A stretch of 64,000 nt of DNA from assembly GCA_014729995.1 (NCBI GenBank), contig WJIZ01000041.1, positions 10,584 through 74,583 on the forward strand, read 5' to 3'. Both the position numbers and the translations under genes were made by a program. The notes below the pieces were generated by a model, which was not told the origin of the DNA, ran no database searches, and saw nothing but the letters and a program-made list of their open reading frames with translations. Positions 1-8,468 of the stretch are shown in pieces; the stretch's first letter is position 1, and every line of letters begins with the position of its first letter. The DNA is from Candidatus Woesearchaeota archaeon (GTDB lineage: Archaea; Nanobdellota; Nanobdellia; Woesearchaeales; WJIZ01).

Positions 1-588
1 ACACTGGAAATACGCCCCCAGTTAAGGGCAAGGGTAAAGGATCGCGATAAGATCCAGGAAGCTTTGCTCGAGTTTGACGATTACCTCCTGGTTAAAGAGC
101 CGAGCATCTATGATCCAGATTATGGGGAATATGAGAATGCTGCAAAAACAGCACTGTTCATGCACGCCTGGATAGAAGAAAAAAGCGAGGAATCCCTTTT
201 GGAAGAATACAATATCAGGCCAGGCGAGATAAAATCCAAGCTGGACATAGCAGACTGGCTTATATACTGCATGGAAGAAATAGTAAGAATCCTCCAGTTC
301 AGGCAGCTAAGTCCGGAATTAAGAAAATTAAGGGCCAGAATTAAAAACGGTGTAAAAGAGGAGCTTCTTCCTTTGCTTAAGTTCAGGGGCATAGGCAGGG
401 CAAGGGCGAGAAAGCTGTTTAGGAACAGCATAAGGGATGTTAAGGCAGTAAAGGAATCAGACCTGATGAAATTGTCGCAGATTTTAGGCAAAAATATAGC
501 CATAAGCATAAAGAAGCAGTTAGGCCAGGAAGTAAAAGAGATAAAGCAAAATAAAAGAAAAGGCCAGATTAGTCTGAGAGATTATTAA
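1..588 (+). CDS. hel308: Hel308/Ski2-like helicase, C-terminal part (5' end outside the window)
   Basis: Frame is open from base 1. KTALFMHAWIEE...YNIRPGEI, RIKNGVKEELLPLL and the HhH motif GIGRARARKL match the Hel308 ratchet and HhH domains. Confidence 0.85.
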   Translation, partial: TLEIRPQLRARVKDRDKIQEALLEFDDYLLVKEPSIYDPDYGEYENAAKTALFMHAWIEEKSEESLLEEYNIRPGEIKSKLDIADWLIYCMEEIVRILQFRQLSPELRKLRARIKNGVKEELLPLLKFRGIGRARARKLFRNSIRDVKAVKESDLMKLSQILGKNIAISIKKQLGQEVKEIKQNKRKGQISLRDY

Positions 589-602
589 AACAGTGGTTCG
601 GA

Positions 603-1094
603 ATGAATAATTTGCTCATAGCAGTAATGTACCAAAACAGGAAATCATTGGATGCTGCTATCAATATTCTGGAACAGCATTTTGGCCCAATAAAAGCCAA
701 ATCCAAGGAATACAACTTCAACTTCACAAATTACTACGAAAAAGAATTCGGAAAATCCCTTAAAAAAACCATCCTAATCTTTGAAAAAACAATAGAAAAA
801 TCAGATTTGCCTGAAATAAGGGAAAAGACAGGGGAAATCGAACAGCAGTTAAGCATGCACAGCAAAAGGACAGTAAACATAGACCCTGGCAGTATATCCG
901 GCAGTGAGTTGGTTTTGGCAACAAAAAAAGCAAAGCCGTGGAAAGAACATCTGGGAAAAGGCATCTATGCTCACAAAATTTTAGAGTTTAAATACGGAAA
1001 TATAACTGCCTTTAAAAACACATTTGCAGATTACAAGACAAAACAGAACATAGATTTCTTTAGGAAAGTAATAAATACAGCCAACAATTCTTAA
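603..1094 (+). CDS. DUF4416-like protein
   Basis: FNFTNYYEKEFG, RTVNIDPG and LVLATKK resemble DUF4416 motifs. Confidence 0.65.
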   Translation: MNNLLIAVMYQNRKSLDAAINILEQHFGPIKAKSKEYNFNFTNYYEKEFGKSLKKTILIFEKTIEKSDLPEIREKTGEIEQQLSMHSKRTVNIDPGSISGSELVLATKKAKPWKEHLGKGIYAHKILEFKYGNITAFKNTFADYKTKQNIDFFRKVINTANNS

Positions 1095-1101
1095 TCCTAA
1101 A

Positions 1102-1207
1102 GCCCCTGTAGTATAGTGGATACTTGCAAAAGCCAAAACAGAATACCAGGTTGCGGTCCTGGAGGCCCGGGTTCGATAGCTAAAAGCCGAAAGTCCCGGC
1201 AGGGGCA
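1102..1207 (+). tRNA. tRNA-Arg(GCG) with two non-canonical introns (D-arm about 1122-1138; T-loop 59/60 at 1178-1193)
   Basis: Acceptor GCCCCTG/CAGGGGC; anticodon arm CCAGG-TT GCG GT-CCTGG; T-loop BHB TTCG-ATA-GC...GC-CGAA-AGT splices to TTCGATT. Confidence 0.88.
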
Positions 1208-1267
1208 TTTCTAAGCTTTATATCAGATTTTTCTAATCCAAAAATAAATAGCGGGCTTTCTTAGGAA

Positions 1268-1801
1268 TTATCTCAGTCCTGTAATCTTTATATCTGCCTT
1301 ACTCTCAACATATCTCCAGTCATCATAAACAGCATACCCGGAAAGCAGCTCTCCTTCCTTCTTTCCTGTAAATTTGCCCTCTGCCACTAATTTTCCGTCC
1401 AGATAAATCCTCTGGTTCTTTTCCTGCCTGTTAAAATTATAAATTACCTTGTGCGGCTTGCCGTCAATTAAATCCACCTCTTCAGAGCTTATCAAAGGCA
1501 GCCCTGCCTTGATCTTCCTTTCATTAACATCATAAGCTACCTTCAGGCCGGGAATCACTTCAGAATCAAGCCAGAGCAATAGGTCAGCAGTCTTATTATT
1601 CACTTTAAAGCTTGCAGCCGGGAAATTCAGCTCAAAAACAACCCCCGCTTTTTCAGTATTTGGGAAATCTGCTGACCTCGGGAAATAAATCACAACCCTC
1701 TCTTCCTTTACCGACAATCCGGTAATGCTGCTATCTATATATTGAAAAGCCAGGAAAACAGTAGCCACAACAACAATTCCAATCAGATATTTCTTAATCA
1801 T
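1268..1801 (-). CDS. Membrane-anchored hypothetical protein, possible LamG/concanavalin-like fold
   Basis: N-terminal TM helix followed by ITGLSV; DGKPHKV...IYLDGKLV resembles a LamG-type C-terminus. Confidence 0.55.
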   Translation of the reverse strand: MIKKYLIGIVVVATVFLAFQYIDSSITGLSVKEERVVIYFPRSADFPNTEKAGVVFELNFPAASFKVNNKTADLLLWLDSEVIPGLKVAYDVNERKIKAGLPLISSEEVDLIDGKPHKVIYNFNRQEKNQRIYLDGKLVAEGKFTGKKEGELLSGYAVYDDWRYVESKADIKITGLR

Positions 1802-2355
1802 CTTCTAAAGAGCATCTTCTTTTTTCCTGAATAAAGCCCCATTGCCGACATCTGCTCATACTGCTCCCTTTCCAGGCAGAGATAAGTTATGATAAAACTG
1901 TACTTTTCCTTGAAATCATTGGCAACCTGCTTAATTCTGCTGGAATCTATATTCCTGCCTATTAATAAAATGTTCGCTTTTTTCTCCTCTTCCTTTCCAT
2001 AAAGGATGACCTGCTCAATATTGCCTATTTTACTTACAGCCCCCACGAAGCTGTCAATAATCCTTTTTCCCTGTTTCAGGAAAGTCTCAAGAAAAGAAAT
2101 ATTCTCATTGTTTGCACACTGGTACAGCCTAAACTTCCTTATCCTTATCTCTCTTATTATGTCCAGATTGGCAAGCTTTCTCACAATCCTGAAAGTGCTG
2201 GCAATAGGGACTGAAGCTTTCTTCGATATTTCCTGCAGGTAAAACTGCCTCTCCTTATTTACCAAAAACAACCGAATAATTCTCAGAATCTTGCTATCGA
2301 ATAAATTTTCCAGCAGCTGGCTGTTATTCTCCATTACCTCCTTTTCCAAAATCAT
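1798..2355 (-). CDS. wHTH protein with degenerate nucleotidyltransferase-like domain
   Basis: N-terminal HTH (FYLQEISKKASVPIASTFRIVRKL); C-terminal VILYGK...ANILLIG lacks the GS..DxD residues. Confidence 0.6.
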   Translation of the reverse strand: MILEKEVMENNSQLLENLFDSKILRIIRLFLVNKERQFYLQEISKKASVPIASTFRIVRKLANLDIIREIRIRKFRLYQCANNENISFLETFLKQGKRIIDSFVGAVSKIGNIEQVILYGKEEEKKANILLIGRNIDSSRIKQVANDFKEKYSFIITYLCLEREQYEQMSAMGLYSGKKKMLFRR

Positions 2356-2426
2356 ACATATTTAAAGTTTTCCATTTTTGAAAACAATTTCCATAAATGA
2401 AAAAATAAAGAAAAATTCAGATTAGT

Positions 2427-2528
2427 AAAGAATAGCCCCGCCAGGATTCCCACATCAGAACCTTCGGTTCCGATACCTCCGAAATAAGCTTTCTCGCTTT
2501 GCTCGAAAGAATAGCCCCGCCAGGATTC
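2427..2528. repeat. 23-bp direct repeat duplicating the tRNA-Gln 3' end (att-like)
   Basis: AAAGAATAGCCCCGCCAGGATTC at 2427-2449 and 2506-2528, with a 56-bp spacer. Confidence 0.85.
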
Positions 2529-2632
2529 GAACCTGGGTCCTCGGTCGTTTTCGGCAATAGCCACCAAAAACCGAAATGATTGGCCTGAAGAGCTTAATAG
2601 CTCATTTCGATTGACCGCTACACCACGGGGCT
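2512..2632 (-). tRNA. tRNA-Gln(TTG) with a D-arm insert (about 31 nt) and a canonical 37/38 intron (2547-2563)
   Basis: Reverse complement AGCCCCGTGGTGTAGCGG...TCGGT-TT TTG G|intron|G-ACCGA GGAC CCAGGTTCGAATCCTGG CGGGGCTA. Confidence 0.88.
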
Positions 2633-2666
2633 GAGGAGTATTCAGAAATCTGCTTTATATATAAAA

Positions 2667-3401
2667 CTATTCTTTCCAAAGCTTCAGCGCTTCCTCCTCT
2701 ATAAAATGCATTTTTCCCGGCATTACAATGCAATAAGGGGGGCTGCCAAGATCATGCCTGCCCAGCTCGCCAAGAGCAGCAGCCCTAATTACCCTATCGC
2801 TGCTGCCTATGCAGGCGCATCCGACAGCAGCAGCATCCTTGGAAATTCCGTTTCTGATAAGATATTCTGCTCCCTCATTTATGCTCATAAATTTTTTGCT
2901 TTTGGGGTCTAAATCCAATAAAAACAAAGTATGCAGCCCATTCTTTGAATTCATTTCATAAACTTCAACAGGCGCCCTGACATCCTTATTATGGAAAGGA
3001 ATGGAAGTAATCTTACCATACTTATATACTTCCAGCCCAATCTCACCAATAGCGGAAATGATGGAAGCATTGTGTATCATTTCCACTTTCACTCCCCTAT
3101 CTTTCGCCCGAAGATACAAGTCAATATGTGTTGTAGCGCACATAGGGTCTCCTATGACCATAAAAGCAACATTTTTTCCCTTGGCCTTCTCAATCATTTC
3201 ATCGCTTCCTTTCTCCACAAATTCTCTGTCAGCTATATTATGCTCTTTACCAGTCAATTTCTCTAAATCAATAGCATTGCACTGCAGCTTAGAAGTATAA
3301 TTTTCAAAATAAATAAATTCACATTTTTTTAAGGCTTCAAGGCCTCTAAGGCTGATATCTTTCTCATCAGCCAGCCCAAGCCCTATCATAAATAAGGCCA
3401 T
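2667..3401 (-). CDS. dph5: Diphthine synthase
   Basis: IGLGLADEKDISLRGLEA, ENYTS, GDPMCATTH and GLHTLFLLD motifs. Confidence 0.95.
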   Translation of the reverse strand: MALFMIGLGLADEKDISLRGLEALKKCEFIYFENYTSKLQCNAIDLEKLTGKEHNIADREFVEKGSDEMIEKAKGKNVAFMVIGDPMCATTHIDLYLRAKDRGVKVEMIHNASIISAIGEIGLEVYKYGKITSIPFHNKDVRAPVEVYEMNSKNGLHTLFLLDLDPKSKKFMSINEGAEYLIRNGISKDAAAVGCACIGSSDRVIRAAALGELGRHDLGSPPYCIVMPGKMHFIEEEALKLWKE

Positions 3402-3485
3402 TTTAAGGAAAGAATCACACCATTTTATTTAAACCTAACTGAACAGGTTATCGTGCATAAATTCAAATATAGCTCAGCTTAAATA

Positions 3486-3660
3486 GAAACCTTTATATAT
3501 AAGTTAATCTAAATAAAATAACATTAGAACTTTTGGTTTTGGGGTTACTTTGGTCAAATAACCTTTATTCAATCGTTTTTTTGGCGAAAAACGTTTTATA
3601 TGTTGTTTTTTTGGCGATAAACAACAAATAAACCCTAAATATCTGTTGGCGACCAGATAA
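3486..3660 (+). promoter_or_regulatory. Putative ftsZ promoter and structured 5' leader with three TTGGCG-loop hairpins
   Basis: TATA-like TTTATATA at about 3492-3499; hairpins at 3574-3593, 3601-3626 and 3640-3659. Confidence 0.55.
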
Positions 3661-3760
3661 ATAAGCTGTTTCTAGAAGAAGTAATAAGCAATCTACTATT
3701 TAAAGATTGTTATTTTGGAGAATATATAATAAAGAATATACAAAAAACGGGGGAAACAAA

Positions 3761-4834
3761 ATGGATTTTATCGTTGAAAGCGCCTTAAAGAAATCGAATG
3801 AGCAGCAAGACACCAAAGCATCACCAAGGCAGGCCTGCATAAAGGTTTTCGGCTCTGGCGGGGCTGGCAATAATATGGTAGGATGGCTCTACCAGAAGGG
3901 CGTGAAAGGTGCTGAAATTATTGCCACAAATACAGACCAGCAGCATTTGAATATGATAGATGCTGACAGGAAGTTCCTTATAGGTCAGGATATCACCCGC
4001 GGTCTGGGCTGCGGCGGCTTTCCGGAAAAGGGCTACGAAGCAGCACAGGAAAGCATGCAGGAAATCAAGGAATGCCTGAAAGGGTCTGATATGGTGTTTG
4101 TCTGTGCAGGAATGGGCGGCGGCACAGGAACAGGCTCTGCTCCGGTAATAGCACAGGCAGCAAAAGATACAGGCGCTATAGTCATCGGCACAGTAACCAT
4201 GCCCTTTAACATAGAGAGGGCAAGGGTAGACAAGGCAGAATTCGGGCTTCATAAGCTCAGGCAGGTCGCAGACACCGTAATAGTTATTGATAATAACAAG
4301 CTTGTCAAGATAGCTGGCGATTTGCCCATAAAGCAGGCATTTGCCGTGGCAAACGAGCTCATTTCAACAATGCTAAAGGGCATAGTAGAAACAATAGCAG
4401 TTCCTTCATTGGTTAATTTAGATTATGCGGATGTAAAGGCAATAATGACCAACGGCGGCGTAGCCGCAATAGGAGTGGGAGCATCAGATACCAATAACAA
4501 AGTAGATGAAGCAGTAAAAGGCGCGTTATCAAACCCACTTCTGGATATAAGCTATAAGGGAGCTACAGGCGCATTGATACACATCTGCGGAGGCCCCGAT
4601 ATGACATTAGAGGAGATTAACAGGGCAGGCGAGCTGATAACAGACAGCCTGGACGATGAAGCAAACGTCATATGGGGAGCCAGGGTTGACGAGGAAATGA
4701 AAGGCAGGCTGACTGTCATGACAATTATTACAGGGGTAAAAAGCCCGTGGATACTTGGGAAAAGAAAAGAGGCCGAGCCTTCCCCTGAGATGGAGGAGCT
4801 CACAGAAGAGCTCGGGATACAGATAGTAAGATGA
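3761..4834 (+). CDS. ftsZ: Cell division protein FtsZ
   Basis: GGAGNN, tubulin signature GMGGGTGTG and NLDYADV. Start moved to the ATG at 3761, which follows a GGGGG SD-like element. Confidence 0.97.
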   Translation: MDFIVESALKKSNEQQDTKASPRQACIKVFGSGGAGNNMVGWLYQKGVKGAEIIATNTDQQHLNMIDADRKFLIGQDITRGLGCGGFPEKGYEAAQESMQEIKECLKGSDMVFVCAGMGGGTGTGSAPVIAQAAKDTGAIVIGTVTMPFNIERARVDKAEFGLHKLRQVADTVIVIDNNKLVKIAGDLPIKQAFAVANELISTMLKGIVETIAVPSLVNLDYADVKAIMTNGGVAAIGVGASDTNNKVDEAVKGALSNPLLDISYKGATGALIHICGGPDMTLEEINRAGELITDSLDDEANVIWGARVDEEMKGRLTVMTIITGVKSPWILGKRKEAEPSPEMEELTEELGIQIVR

Positions 4835-4850
4835 TTTTCACATCTTCTAC

Positions 4851-4949
4851 GGCCTTCCTGACCCCCAACAAGTTTTCGGAAGGCCTATTTTTATTTTTCT
4901 TATTTCTCTCGCCTTCCTAAACCACCCCCAACAAGTTTTCGGAAGGCGA
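4851..4949. repeat. Tandem pair of hairpins with a shared loop, each followed by a T-tract (terminator or sRNA)
   Basis: GGCCTTCC...GGAAGGCC (4851-4885) and TCGCCTTCC...GGAAGGCGA (4909-4949); both loops contain ACCCCCAACAAGTTTTC. Confidence 0.75.
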
Positions 4950-5019
4950 TTTTTTATTTTTTTACTCAATCATTCGATAAGATTACAAATAAGTTAGACA
5001 CATACATTAAGAATACCTC

Positions 5020-5667
5020 TCACTTTTTCTGATTTTCTTTGCCCAGAATCTTATCAGCAACCTTCTTTATTGCATCGCCTGCTTGCTTTGTGGTCTTCAT
5101 CACATTCTCAGAATAATAGCCATATCCCGGAAGCTTCCTGGCGCCCCACCATTTCTCAATGTAAAGCACTGTCTTGATCCAGGGCTTTCTCTGCTTCTTG
5201 GGCTTTTCATCGGGAAACCCTATCGGAAGGATAGCATGTACGTCGACCTGCTCAGGCAGCCCCAAAACACCCCTTAACCTGTCTTCTTCAAAAGCGCCCA
5301 CCCAGCAGCTTCCTAATCCAAGGCTCTCCGCTGCTATTATCATGCTCATGGTGCAGGCCGCGGTATTCTGGATAGTGTATAATTTTTCCCCCCTTGTGCC
5401 GTAATACCTTTTCTGGTGCTCAGGCTCAGCAACAACAGCAATAACACAGGGCGCTTGAGAAATCCATTTTTGGTTGAAGCATGCCGTGGAAATTGCATCA
5501 ATGTTGTTTTTTTCCCTGACAACTATAAATTTTACATTGAAGATATTGCCTGCTGTGGGCGCATTCAGCGCAGCATTGACAATATTGACAATATTATCCC
5601 AGGGCACTTTTTTATCTTTAAATTTCCTTACAGATCTTCTGTTCAAAATAAAATCCATCGTGTGCAT
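5020..5667 (-). CDS. Nitroreductase family protein
   Basis: ILNRRSVRKF, APTAGN and AESLGLGSCWVGAF motifs. Confidence 0.9.
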   Translation of the reverse strand: MHTMDFILNRRSVRKFKDKKVPWDNIVNIVNAALNAPTAGNIFNVKFIVVREKNNIDAISTACFNQKWISQAPCVIAVVAEPEHQKRYYGTRGEKLYTIQNTAACTMSMIIAAESLGLGSCWVGAFEEDRLRGVLGLPEQVDVHAILPIGFPDEKPKKQRKPWIKTVLYIEKWWGARKLPGYGYYSENVMKTTKQAGDAIKKVADKILGKENQKK

Positions 5668-5707
5668 AGTAAAGCATTTATATTATTACTCCTATTTAAG
5701 TTTTTGT

Positions 5708-7459
5708 ATGCAGTACAGCGATTTAGTTGGTGTTTATAATTCCCTTAGCTCCACCTCTAAAAGGCTGGAAAAAACCAGGATATTATCAGAGCTTTTGAAA
5801 AATTTAAAACCCGATGAAGTCACCAGCGTAATTCTTCTGCTTCAGGGAAGGATCTTTCCCTCCTGGGACGAAACAAAGCTTGGGATAGCCTCTAAATTGG
5901 TTGTAAAGGCAATCAGCAAGGCTACTGGCATTTCTCCGGCAAAGATAGGGCAGGACTGGAAAAAAACAGGCGATTTGGGCAAAACAGCGCAGAACATGGT
6001 AAAAAAGAAAACCCAATCAACACTCACAACTAACCAGCTTACAGTGGATAAGGTTTTCAAAAACCTAAAGAAACTGGCAGGCTTGGAAGGGATTGGCTCA
6101 ATAGACAGGAAAATCCAGCTCATAGCAGAGCTGCTGACATCTGCACAGCCGGAAAGCGCAAGGTACATAGTAAGGACACTGCTGCAGGATTTGAGAGTCG
6201 GAGTAGGCGAGGGCAGCTTAAGGGATGCCATAGTCTGGGCTTTTTTTTCAAAGCAGTGTGCAATAGGCATCAATGACGCTGAGCTTGAGATAGGAAATCG
6301 GGAAGAATACAATAAGCATGTCGGCGCAGTGCAGCAGGCCTACGACATCACTAATGATTTTGCCGTTGTGGCAGAGATAGCAAAGAAATCAGGCCTGGAA
6401 GGATTGTTGAACCAGGAGCTTTTAGTCGGAAAGCCCGTAAAAGTGATGCTCGCTTTGAAGGCCAATGATGCTGAAGAGGCGCTTGAAAGGGTGGGCATTC
6501 CTGCAGAAGCAGAATACAAGTTAGATGGATTCAGAATCCAGGTTCATAAAGACAAAAAATGCATAAGGCTCTTTACCCGCAGATTAGAGGATGTTTCAGC
6601 GCAATTTCCAGACATAGTAAAATATGTCAGGGAGCATATCAAGGGAAATTCATTTATTATTGATTCAGAAGCAGTAGGCTATTCCCCAAAAACAGGGAAG
6701 TATCTCCCGTTCCAGAGCATCTCCCAAAGAATAAAGCGCAAATACAACATAGAGGACATGGCACGGAAATTTCCCGTGGAGCTGAACATATTTGATATAT
6801 TATATTACGAAAAAAAGAATCTTCTGAAAGAGCCCTTCAGCAGCAGGAGAAAATTGCTGGAAAAAATTGTTCACGGGAAAGAGAAGCAGATAGTCCTGGT
6901 AAGGAAGCTGATAACAAAAGACCCGAAAGAAGTAAGGAAGTTCTTTAATGAATCCGTAAAAGCAGGCAACGAGGGATTAATGCTGAAAAACCTCAACTCC
7001 CCCTATAAGCCAGGCGCAAGGGTGGGCCACATGGTCAAGCTCAAAGCAACAATGGAAAACCTCGACTTAGTCATAATCGGGGCAGAATGGGGGGAAGGCA
7101 AAAGGGCAGAATGGCTTTCATCTTACAGGCTGGCGTGCAGGAACGAGGAAGGAAAATTGCTTCAAATCGGCAAGGTCTCCACAGGCCTGAAAGAAAAGGA
7201 AGAGCAGGGATTGACTTTCCGCAAGATGACCTCTTTGCTGAATCCCCTCGTTATTTCAGCAAAAGGCAGGGAAGTAAAGGTAAGGCCGGAAATCATAGTG
7301 GAAATAGCTTATGAGGAAATACAAAAGTCTCCGACTTATTCATCCGGTTTTGCGCTGAGGTTTCCGAGGATAATAAGATTAAGGACAGAAGAAAGAAGCG
7401 CCGAAGACATAACTGATTTGGATTATATCGAAGAGATCTACTACAGCCAAAAGAAATAA
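5708..7459 (+). CDS. lig: ATP-dependent DNA ligase
   Basis: Motif I EYKLDGFR, EGLMLK and ALRFPR. The likely start is the ATG at 5708; the upstream extension overlaps the nitroreductase gene. Confidence 0.95.
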   Translation: MQYSDLVGVYNSLSSTSKRLEKTRILSELLKNLKPDEVTSVILLLQGRIFPSWDETKLGIASKLVVKAISKATGISPAKIGQDWKKTGDLGKTAQNMVKKKTQSTLTTNQLTVDKVFKNLKKLAGLEGIGSIDRKIQLIAELLTSAQPESARYIVRTLLQDLRVGVGEGSLRDAIVWAFFSKQCAIGINDAELEIGNREEYNKHVGAVQQAYDITNDFAVVAEIAKKSGLEGLLNQELLVGKPVKVMLALKANDAEEALERVGIPAEAEYKLDGFRIQVHKDKKCIRLFTRRLEDVSAQFPDIVKYVREHIKGNSFIIDSEAVGYSPKTGKYLPFQSISQRIKRKYNIEDMARKFPVELNIFDILYYEKKNLLKEPFSSRRKLLEKIVHGKEKQIVLVRKLITKDPKEVRKFFNESVKAGNEGLMLKNLNSPYKPGARVGHMVKLKATMENLDLVIIGAEWGEGKRAEWLSSYRLACRNEEGKLLQIGKVSTGLKEKEEQGLTFRKMTSLLNPLVISAKGREVKVRPEIIVEIAYEEIQKSPTYSSGFALRFPRIIRLRTEERSAEDITDLDYIEEIYYSQKK

Positions 7460-7484
7460 ATAAAGATAAAATTCACGATATAAA

Positions 7485-7835
7485 ATGGAAGAAAAAAGGC
7501 AGGATTTCAGCCAGCATTTCATCCAGCTGGTTATCGGCCTGCAGTCAACAGCATGGATGGCAATGGGCAAGCAGATGAATCCGCAAACAGGAAAACAGGA
7601 AGTTAACCTTGATCTGGCAAGAGACAGCATAGACACGTTGCTCATGCTCAGGGAGAAGACAAAAGGCAACCTGACCGAGACAGAAAAAGGCATTCTAGAA
7701 AATGCAATGCAGGATCTGGAGCTGAATTTTATTGAAACAAGCAAAAAGGAAGGGAAGCCAAAAGTGAAAAAACAAACAGAAGAAAAAGACAGCAAGAGAT
7801 ATGAAGCAGAAAAAAAGAAAACCGGCAAACAATAA
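7485..7835 (+). CDS. DUF1844 domain protein
   Basis: AWMAMGK..NP.TGK.EVNLDLARDSIDTL.MLREKTKGNLT pattern. Confidence 0.8.
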   Translation: MEEKRQDFSQHFIQLVIGLQSTAWMAMGKQMNPQTGKQEVNLDLARDSIDTLLMLREKTKGNLTETEKGILENAMQDLELNFIETSKKEGKPKVKKQTEEKDSKRYEAEKKKTGKQ

Positions 7836-7862
7836 CATTTTTAAATGCCCTGTAACTCCTAA

Positions 7863-7945
7863 AGTACATTAAATCGCATATTCGAGAGATGCGCTGGTAG
7901 CAATACTCGCGTATACTGGAGAACTTTATTTTTTACTTGTTCTCC
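7863..7945 (+). promoter_or_regulatory. Candidate structured ribosomal-protein leader upstream of uS15
   Basis: GNRA-capped hairpins CGCA..TC-GAGA-GA-TGCG (7875-7893) and GTA-GCAA-TAC (7897-7906), plus a GGAGAAC/GTTCTCC stem. Confidence 0.45.
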
Positions 7946-7978
7946 TAATCAATTAAAAACAACTGAGGTAAGTATAAA

Positions 7979-8434
7979 ATGGCAAGAATGCACTCAGGGG
8001 CAAAGGGAAAGTCAGCTTCAAAAAAGCCGCATGATAAGACAGCTTACTCATGGCTGAGCTATAAGCCGAAAGAAGTTGAGCTATTGGTAATAAAGATGGC
8101 AAAGGAGGGCAAATCACCATCCCAGATAGGCCTCACTCTAAGGGATGCTTATGGTATTCCGGACATAAGAAAGCTTCTGAAAAAAAAGATATCATCTGTC
8201 TTGAAAAGCAAAAAGCTTCTTGCAGAGCTTCCCGAAGACCTGCTGAGCCTGATTAAAAAGGACGTTGCTATAAACAAGCACCTTGAGTCAAACAAGCAGG
8301 ATAAGGCTGCATTAAGAGGGAAACAGCTTACTGAATCGAAGATTAAGAGGCTTGCTAAATATTACAAAAAAACCGGAAGGCTGCCTGAAGACTGGAAATA
8401 CAATCCAAAGCAGGCAAAAATGTTCGTAGAATAA
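7979..8434 (+). CDS. rps15: 30S ribosomal protein uS15 (S15P/S13e)
   Basis: MARMHSGAKGKSAS, PSQIGLTLRDAYGIP and ESKIKRLAKYYK motifs. Confidence 0.97.
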   Translation: MARMHSGAKGKSASKKPHDKTAYSWLSYKPKEVELLVIKMAKEGKSPSQIGLTLRDAYGIPDIRKLLKKKISSVLKSKKLLAELPEDLLSLIKKDVAINKHLESNKQDKAALRGKQLTESKIKRLAKYYKKTGRLPEDWKYNPKQAKMFVE

Positions 8435-8468
8435 GTTTTTATATAGTTCCTCATTTTAGTTAATCTTA

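Noticed and set aside
2352..2567. 71-aa ORF over the tRNA-Gln region, and similar ORFs at 981-1208, 27841-28074 and 33981-34295
   Set aside because: They overlap tRNA genes and have no protein features.
3574..4949. Repeats around ftsZ as a mini-CRISPR array
   Set aside because: Only two or three units, the constant part is the loop rather than a 25-40 bp repeat, and there are no cas genes.
5474..5707. N-terminal extension of the DNA ligase ORF in the track
   Set aside because: It overlaps the opposite-strand nitroreductase; ligase-like sequence begins at ATG 5708.
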